Part shown: positions 32,126 through 36,734 of the stretch, piece after piece
Layout of the letters: the number at the start of each line of letters is the position of its first letter
Position numbering within the stretch: position 1 is the first letter of the stretch
Source: Methanobacteriota archaeon
Lineage (GTDB): Archaea; Thermoplasmatota; Poseidoniia; Poseidoniales; Poseidoniaceae
Assembly (NCBI GenBank): GCA_009936765.1
Contig: JAACDL010000190.1
Span: 1 to 36,734 of the forward strand
Length of the DNA: 36,734 bases
Reading direction: 5' to 3'
Position numbers and translations under genes: made by a program
Notes under the pieces: generated by a model
The model's database searches: none
Told to the model about the DNA's origin: nothing
Seen by the model: the letters and a program-made list of their open reading frames with translations, nothing else

Positions 32126-33979
32126 ATGATGGAAGACGAAGTATTCGATGCAGAAATCATCCCAACCGGGGATGGTGGAGCACTCAATATCACCTTCGCT
32201 GCAACAATTGCAGTGTCTATCGTGTTTCTTATTTTGGGGACAAGTTTCGGAGAAGTTGTTCTAGAAAATGATAATTCTGAACAGTCATATGAGTGGTGGC
32301 AAACCCCACTACAAGACCGCCATAACATGGATTTAGACCTAACACAAATGCGATCAGTATTACCTGTAAATGGTACCTATGATATTCTAACATACACAGA
32401 ACATTTTGTCTCTGTCGAATTGCCTGCTTCTGAAGAGGATGCAGGTTTCCCTGAGGAAGATGTTATGCATGTTGCTTTGTGGTTGCCAGATGTGCCTGAA
32501 GGACAAGAAGTGCCTGTAATCATGACAATTCACCCGTACTATGACTTCGGCGGTGAAGGAATGCCAGGAGTTGGTGAAGACTCCAATCCGAACACAGTTC
32601 CCGATGGAGGTATTGGTGCTTGGGTATACGATAATTTCATCTCTCACGGATATGCACTCGCACAAGCTTCAACTTTTGGAACTGGCAAATCTACTCACTG
32701 TCAAGATGTCAAAGGCTTAGGTGAGCAAACCGGAATACAAGCAGTAGTTGATTGGCTTGGTGAACAAGAGTGGTCTAACGGTAATGTTGGACTAATGGGC
32801 AAATCATATGCGGGTACAACCAACTGGGAAGCCGCACAGAATCCTTCAGAACACCTGAAGACAATTGTTCCAATTTCGGGCTCAATTGGGGTACAAGAAA
32901 TGTTCTATCGAAACGGTTCTAGTGAGTTTAGAGCCCTAGGTTATGATGCAGCATATCAGGCTGCAACTAGTGATCTCACAACTGATGAGTTGAGAGTTTG
33001 CCAAGATGATTTAACAGGTCCACTAAATCCGTTTACCACCCAACTATGGGCTCAATATGGCGGGGCTGAGTGGAATGACTACTGGGATGAAAGAAGGCAT
33101 TTACCCGATGTATTAGAGAATTACAAAGGGAGCGTATACCTAGTTTGGGGAATGCAAGATTGGAATGTAGACCCATACCATGCATTCCCGACATATCAGT
33201 TGTTGAGAGATGCAGGTATTCCGGCTAGAGGAATTATGGGCCAATGGGCTCACAATTATCCAGACCAACCTGACCGCCATGGAGAATTAACATCAGGATA
33301 TGGAGCGGAAGCATATCCACAAATGAGCAGAATGGATTGGGCAGTAGACCTATTTGCATGGTTCGAATACTGGCTCAAGGATAACGGTCCAATGCCTGAT
33401 TTGCATGTTCAAATGCAGCGTAATGATGGTAAGTGGCACGTAGAAGATACTTGGCCACCAGAGGATTTCGAATGGGAGACTATACCATTGGACCAGACAA
33501 CTGCAACAGGTAATACTGTTAGTGCAACATCTGAAATGACAATTACAATACCAGCATCTGATGAAGATAGATTCATCTCAGGTCTACCGACTCTTCACCT
33601 TTCAGTAACAACAGGATTGTGCGATGGAGGGCAGGTTTTTGCAACCATGTATGACTCAACCTCCGGTCTTCGAATAGGTCATGGCACAATGGATGTCAGA
33701 TACAGAGATGGTGGCCATGAAGCGAAAATTGTTACTCCTTTCACCGACTACCTAATGCTAATGGAATTCAATCCAATAGACGCCCTCATACCTGCAGGAA
33801 ATGAGATTTCGATAGTACTTACAGAAAGTGGAGAAGACTACCTTCCTAGTGCTTGTACAGCAATAGGGATGGGAATTAACGCAGACTCATCTTCAACATT
33901 GAGTTTACCTTTAATCGAGAGAAGTGAAAATGCACCTGAATGGTTCGAGGTCCCTAATTGGTGGGATGTTGAAGAATGA
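32126..33979 (+). CDS. Xaa-Pro dipeptidyl-peptidase, S15 / CocE-NonD family serine hydrolase, N-terminally membrane-anchored
   Basis: Signal-anchor ITFAATIAVSIVFLILGTSF. Nucleophile motif GLMGKSYAGTTNWEAA (GxSYxG). LVWGMQDWNVDP (PepX-like Asp region). GQWAHNYP (His). C-terminal beta-sandwich-like region. I prefer the ATG at 32126; the track start is a GTG at 32105. Confidence 0.8.
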   Translation: MMEDEVFDAEIIPTGDGGALNITFAATIAVSIVFLILGTSFGEVVLENDNSEQSYEWWQTPLQDRHNMDLDLTQMRSVLPVNGTYDILTYTEHFVSVELPASEEDAGFPEEDVMHVALWLPDVPEGQEVPVIMTIHPYYDFGGEGMPGVGEDSNPNTVPDGGIGAWVYDNFISHGYALAQASTFGTGKSTHCQDVKGLGEQTGIQAVVDWLGEQEWSNGNVGLMGKSYAGTTNWEAAQNPSEHLKTIVPISGSIGVQEMFYRNGSSEFRALGYDAAYQAATSDLTTDELRVCQDDLTGPLNPFTTQLWAQYGGAEWNDYWDERRHLPDVLENYKGSVYLVWGMQDWNVDPYHAFPTYQLLRDAGIPARGIMGQWAHNYPDQPDRHGELTSGYGAEAYPQMSRMDWAVDLFAWFEYWLKDNGPMPDLHVQMQRNDGKWHVEDTWPPEDFEWETIPLDQTTATGNTVSATSEMTITIPASDEDRFISGLPTLHLSVTTGLCDGGQVFATMYDSTSGLRIGHGTMDVRYRDGGHEAKIVTPFTDYLMLMEFNPIDALIPAGNEISIVLTESGEDYLPSACTAIGMGINADSSSTLSLPLIERSENAPEWFEVPNWWDVEE

Positions 33980-34323
33980 AGGTTCTAGCCTTCGAGGATT
34001 CTGTTGACATTGAAGCGCTTCTCATAAGTGGCGGCGTCAACATGGCAAATGTTGAATTTAAACAGTATTGGGATTCACAGGATTGTTTAGAACGCATCTC
34101 AAAGTATTCACCAGACATACTGTTACTCGACCACTATATGCCTCCAATCAAAGGATTGGATGTGTTGAGAAAGTTGCTTGCATCTGAGATTGATAGGCCA
34201 GTTACAATAATCGCAATGAGTTCAGCAAGCATGGCAAATAATGCAATGCTGAAAATTGGAGCTGACATTGGGATTGTCAAATTTGAACTAGCGACACTAG
34301 ATGTTTGGAATACTCACTCGTGA
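33976..34323 (+). CDS. Stand-alone CheY-like response-regulator receiver domain
   Basis: 115 aa. KVLAFEDS (acidic pair ED), DILLLDHYMPPIKGLDVLRKL (phospho-acceptor Asp context), VTIIAMSS (Thr/Ser position), IGIVKF (Lys). The start overlaps the peptidase stop (ATGA). Confidence 0.6.
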   Translation: MKVLAFEDSVDIEALLISGGVNMANVEFKQYWDSQDCLERISKYSPDILLLDHYMPPIKGLDVLRKLLASEIDRPVTIIAMSSASMANNAMLKIGADIGIVKFELATLDVWNTHS

Positions 34324-35009
34324 GGTTGCCAATCATCATGACCTGGCTCTCGATACCACCAGTAGCCGTCATCATCTTTCCACCATTCGATTCCATCATC
34401 GTCAGTGTAGTAATTCTCGTCTGCTTCTTCATCTGAACTAGGATCTTCAAGGCCGCTTTCTTCTGCCATCTGTTTCTTTAGCTGGTTAATTCCATCTTCA
34501 GCATCTGCAAACACACGGTTCTGAGTGCGGATTTCGTGTTGGTGATCTCCTGCCGCAATAGCATCATCAGATTCCGCATAGAAATCTGCAGACATGGATT
34601 GGCGGAACTCTTCGAATTCATCTCTACCGAAGGAACCTGTAAACTCTGAACCTTGGGATTTCATCAAGTCGTCTAGATTCTTGCGCTTTCCAAGATTAAG
34701 TTTGGGAGAATCTGGCATATCTCCACCGTCATAGAATTCATCACTATCATCGGTTAGTTTTGGGAAAGAGCGGCCTTCAGGGTCCGCTTCCTCTATTGAT
34801 TCGATCAATAGGTCATGCTCTTCTTCATCGATGTTTTCTTCATCGTACTGGTCGCCAATAGCTTTGACTAATTTTTTCAAAGTTCTAGCCAGAGCCTTGT
34901 CGCTACTTGCTTCTGAAATTACTTTGTCGATTTGCTTTTGCAAGCGCTCGTACGGGCTACCAGTGATGGCACCGAGGAAACGTCCGAATCCTCCCTTTTT
35001 CTTCGCCAT
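34314..35009 (-). CDS. Hypothetical, very acidic cytoplasmic protein with a basic N-terminus and a C-terminal Trp-rich WW-like motif
   Basis: 231-aa ORF: MAKKKGGFGRFLGAITG..., long D/E-rich and probably disordered middle, ending YTDDDGIEWWKDDDGYWWYREPGHDDWQPHE. No family recognised. Confidence 0.55.
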   Translation of the reverse strand: MAKKKGGFGRFLGAITGSPYERLQKQIDKVISEASSDKALARTLKKLVKAIGDQYDEENIDEEEHDLLIESIEEADPEGRSFPKLTDDSDEFYDGGDMPDSPKLNLGKRKNLDDLMKSQGSEFTGSFGRDEFEEFRQSMSADFYAESDDAIAAGDHQHEIRTQNRVFADAEDGINQLKKQMAEESGLEDPSSDEEADENYYTDDDGIEWWKDDDGYWWYREPGHDDWQPHE

Positions 35010-35100
35010 GGTGTCAATAAGGTACCGGGAGTATTCAAGTATTGCCCGAACAAGTACAGTTTTGCGACTTCTTCATGTCTAAGCACTGGTTCGCCATACC

Positions 35101-35793
35101 ATGGTGAGCGATTGGGTAGCAGATGCTATCGCCATCTACAATGATGAATCCCATAACCGTAGAGAAGAATATGTGGCACAAGTTCACTTTCCCGCAAGAA
35201 TCCTAGAAGATATTCTAGAATGGGCATTCAAAGCCCTTCCAGATGAAATTCTTGTTGGATTAGATGTTTCTGAATTACAAAACTTACCAGAAATTGAAGT
35301 CGAGTTCCAAGGTGAAAAACAACGCGACAACCTGTTTGCCGGGCAGGGGTACAGAATAAATGAGGCCGCTATGGTCAATAGAGGAGATTCATATTCTGTC
35401 CATCATTTGCCAGAAGAATGGACCGATGAAGTATTTGGGACTGATAGAGGACCCAGGGCTGGAAGGTTCACACATTGGCTTCACACTCACCCAAATTGTC
35501 CAGCAATACCTAGCGAGGCAGATGCTAGTGCTGCTCAATCCACAGACGGCGTAGACCTAATTTTAGGAATTGAGTTTTCTCCAGAGGGACCTTTACCATG
35601 GTTTGATGGAATTGAGGGAGAAAGGAGAGTTATTGGTGAAAAGAAATCATGGTTTTCACGAAAAGACAAGAGGAAGGTTCTGGGAGTTGCACCTACCGGG
35701 CACCGCATACATTCTCTCGAATTAATAGCATTCCACAAAGCAGGTTTGGGAGTCAATGTCGTATTCGTTAACGATGATGGAATTGCCTACTGA
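35101..35793 (+). CDS. JAMM/MPN+ (JAB1/MPN/Mov34) zinc metalloprotease
   Basis: 230 aa. Complete JAMM motif HWLHTHPNCPAIPSEADASA (H-x-H-x7-S-x2-D) with the upstream Glu in ALPDEILVGL. The Glu-to-HxH spacing is about 79 aa. Confidence 0.75.
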   Translation: MVSDWVADAIAIYNDESHNRREEYVAQVHFPARILEDILEWAFKALPDEILVGLDVSELQNLPEIEVEFQGEKQRDNLFAGQGYRINEAAMVNRGDSYSVHHLPEEWTDEVFGTDRGPRAGRFTHWLHTHPNCPAIPSEADASAAQSTDGVDLILGIEFSPEGPLPWFDGIEGERRVIGEKKSWFSRKDKRKVLGVAPTGHRIHSLELIAFHKAGLGVNVVFVNDDGIAY

Positions 35794-36227
35794 CAAGTTG
35801 TTTCAAAGTCATAATCAAGAAGATATTCTTCTAATTGATCTAACCTTTCACTGTTCACACCAAGATCTGAACGTCCTAATCTTGACTTGCTGAATAGGTC
35901 AACTGTTCCACATTCATTGGAATAATGGACATCATCTGGAAATTGAAAAACAAGCGACCTATCGACTACATGGCCAGGAGTGAATGTTGTCGTAAACGAT
36001 CTTTCACGTGCCCATTCCATGATAGCATCATCGAGTTCTTCATCGCTAACATCTAACTGAATTGTTCTGTAATCACAATTCATAGAGCCTTCGGGACATT
36101 CGTCTGGCATTTCTGAAACCCCGAAGGGTGTGCTAAGTATGTTCATCAAGAGTAATCCGGCAAGATAAATTGCAGGAGCCCATTGCCAAGATTTAGACAA
36201 GGAATCACCTCCGTAGCCAACTGCCAT
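35787..36227 (-). CDS. DUF1499-like small membrane-anchored protein
   Basis: 146 aa with N-terminal [43 protein letters not shown] resembles the DUF1499 signature (SR.G.sDlGvN..R), recalled from memory. Confidence 0.5.
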   Translation of the reverse strand: MAVGYGGDSLSKSWQWAPAIYLAGLLLMNILSTPFGVSEMPDECPEGSMNCDYRTIQLDVSDEELDDAIMEWARERSFTTTFTPGHVVDRSLVFQFPDDVHYSNECGTVDLFSKSRLGRSDLGVNSERLDQLEEYLLDYDFETTCQ

Positions 36228-36734
36228 TACTCCACTCGTATACGATAGGTTGGCCTGTTGGGATCTCTAATTTCAGAACTTCTTCTTTTGACAACCCTTC
36301 GATATTCATTACCATTGAACGGAGGCTGTTTCCATGAGCTGCTACAAACACATTCTTTCCCTCTTCTAATGAAGTCATAATTGCTGATTGCAAATAAGGG
36401 ATGGTTCGCGCCGCTGTCAATTCTAACGACTCACCATTCGGAGGAGGGACATCATACGAACGGCGCCAGATATGCACCTGGTCGTCGCCATATTTATCGC
36501 GAGTCTCTTGCTTGTCTAAACCTTGTAAATCCCCGTACATACGCTCATTCAGTTGCCATGAAACATGGACAGGGAGAGTGTTTTCTCCAGAATCATTTGA
36601 TTGAGCCCATTCGACCATTCTAGATTCATTTTCACTCATCGAATCGCCACTTTCAGGGTATTGGAAGATTGGAGTTTTCCCAGAATCATGTTGAGCTAAT
36701 GCAAGCATTGCTGTCATCTGTGCACGGATTAAAG
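36205..36734 (-). CDS. gpmA: 2,3-bisphosphoglycerate-dependent phosphoglycerate mutase (histidine-phosphatase superfamily), N-terminus outside the window
   Basis: [40 protein letters not shown] and [13 protein letters not shown] closely match dPGM motifs. The frame stays open upstream of the track's internal Met to the window end (...[10 protein letters not shown]). Confidence 0.85.
   Translation of the reverse strand, partial: LIRAQMTAMLALAQHDSGKTPIFQYPESGDSMSENESRMVEWAQSNDSGENTLPVHVSWQLNERMYGDLQGLDKQETRDKYGDDQVHIWRRSYDVPPPNGESLELTAARTIPYLQSAIMTSLEEGKNVFVAAHGNSLRSMVMNIEGLSKEEVLKLEIPTGQPIVYEWSNGSWLRR

Noticed and set aside
34314-35100. A ubiquitin-like or SAMP-like substrate gene next to the JAMM protease
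   Set aside because: The divergent neighbour is a 231-aa acidic protein ending ...WQPHE, not a beta-grasp ending in Gly-Gly. No small GG-terminal ORF is visible in the 91-nt spacer or the flanking genes.
1-36734. Mobile-element or defence-island hallmarks (integrase, transposase, tRNA attachment site, flanking direct repeats, toxin-antitoxin pairs, restriction-modification or cas genes), and rRNA, tRNA or other structured-RNA genes
   Set aside because: None of the ORFs shows recombinase, transposase or nuclease motifs that I can recognise. Intergenic spacers are too short for RNA genes (the longest is about 122 nt), and I saw no cloverleaf-like sequence in them.

Overview
The window is 36.7 kb and very gene-dense. 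I call 26 CDS, and almost all intergenic gaps are under 125 nt, with many 4-70 nt gene overlaps. By eye it is moderately AT-rich (not computed).

The fragment looks archaeal. Supporting evidence is a Taw2/TYW2-type wyosine enzyme, two stand-alone Lrp/AsnC RAM-domain proteins, GGAGGTGA-type Shine-Dalgarno (SD) sites and a strongly acidic proteome. The gene content resembles uncultivated marine planktonic Euryarchaeota (Marine Group II / Poseidoniales-like), but that lineage call is inference only.

- **Left about 22 kb (1-22250):** a cell-surface/glycosylation island. It holds a run of mostly minus-strand genes for giant, acidic, signal-peptide-bearing proteins that are mostly C-terminally membrane-anchored. 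Their domains are an FG-GAP propeller, thrombospondin-type-3 (TSP3)-like Ca loops, BNR/Asp-boxes, a parallel beta-helix plus PKD domains, and two large proteins with no recognisable domain. A divergent GT4/GT2 glycosyltransferase pair and a DUF4105 gene are embedded in it. The first gene (1-5045, minus) is absent from the supplied ORF track because it runs off the window edge.
- **Right about 14 kb:** two tandem RAM-domain genes and a winged-HTH (wHTH) + NB-ARC/STAND NTPase, then uvrC and another 1009-aa orphan surface protein. These are followed by taw2, a membrane-anchored cyclophilin and a membrane-anchored S15 X-Pro dipeptidyl peptidase translationally coupled to a CheY-like receiver. The window ends with an acidic protein, a JAMM/MPN+ metalloprotease, DUF1499 and a partial gpmA.

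I found no rRNA, tRNA, CRISPR array, transposase or integrase. Nothing here is a clear-cut, self-contained novel system. The best candidates for new biology are:
1. the wHTH-STAND protein with the adjacent RAM pair;
2. the surface island with its orphan giant proteins and a possible C-terminal sorting signal;
3. the orphan JAMM protease.

All functional calls rest on motifs read by eye; no database search was possible.
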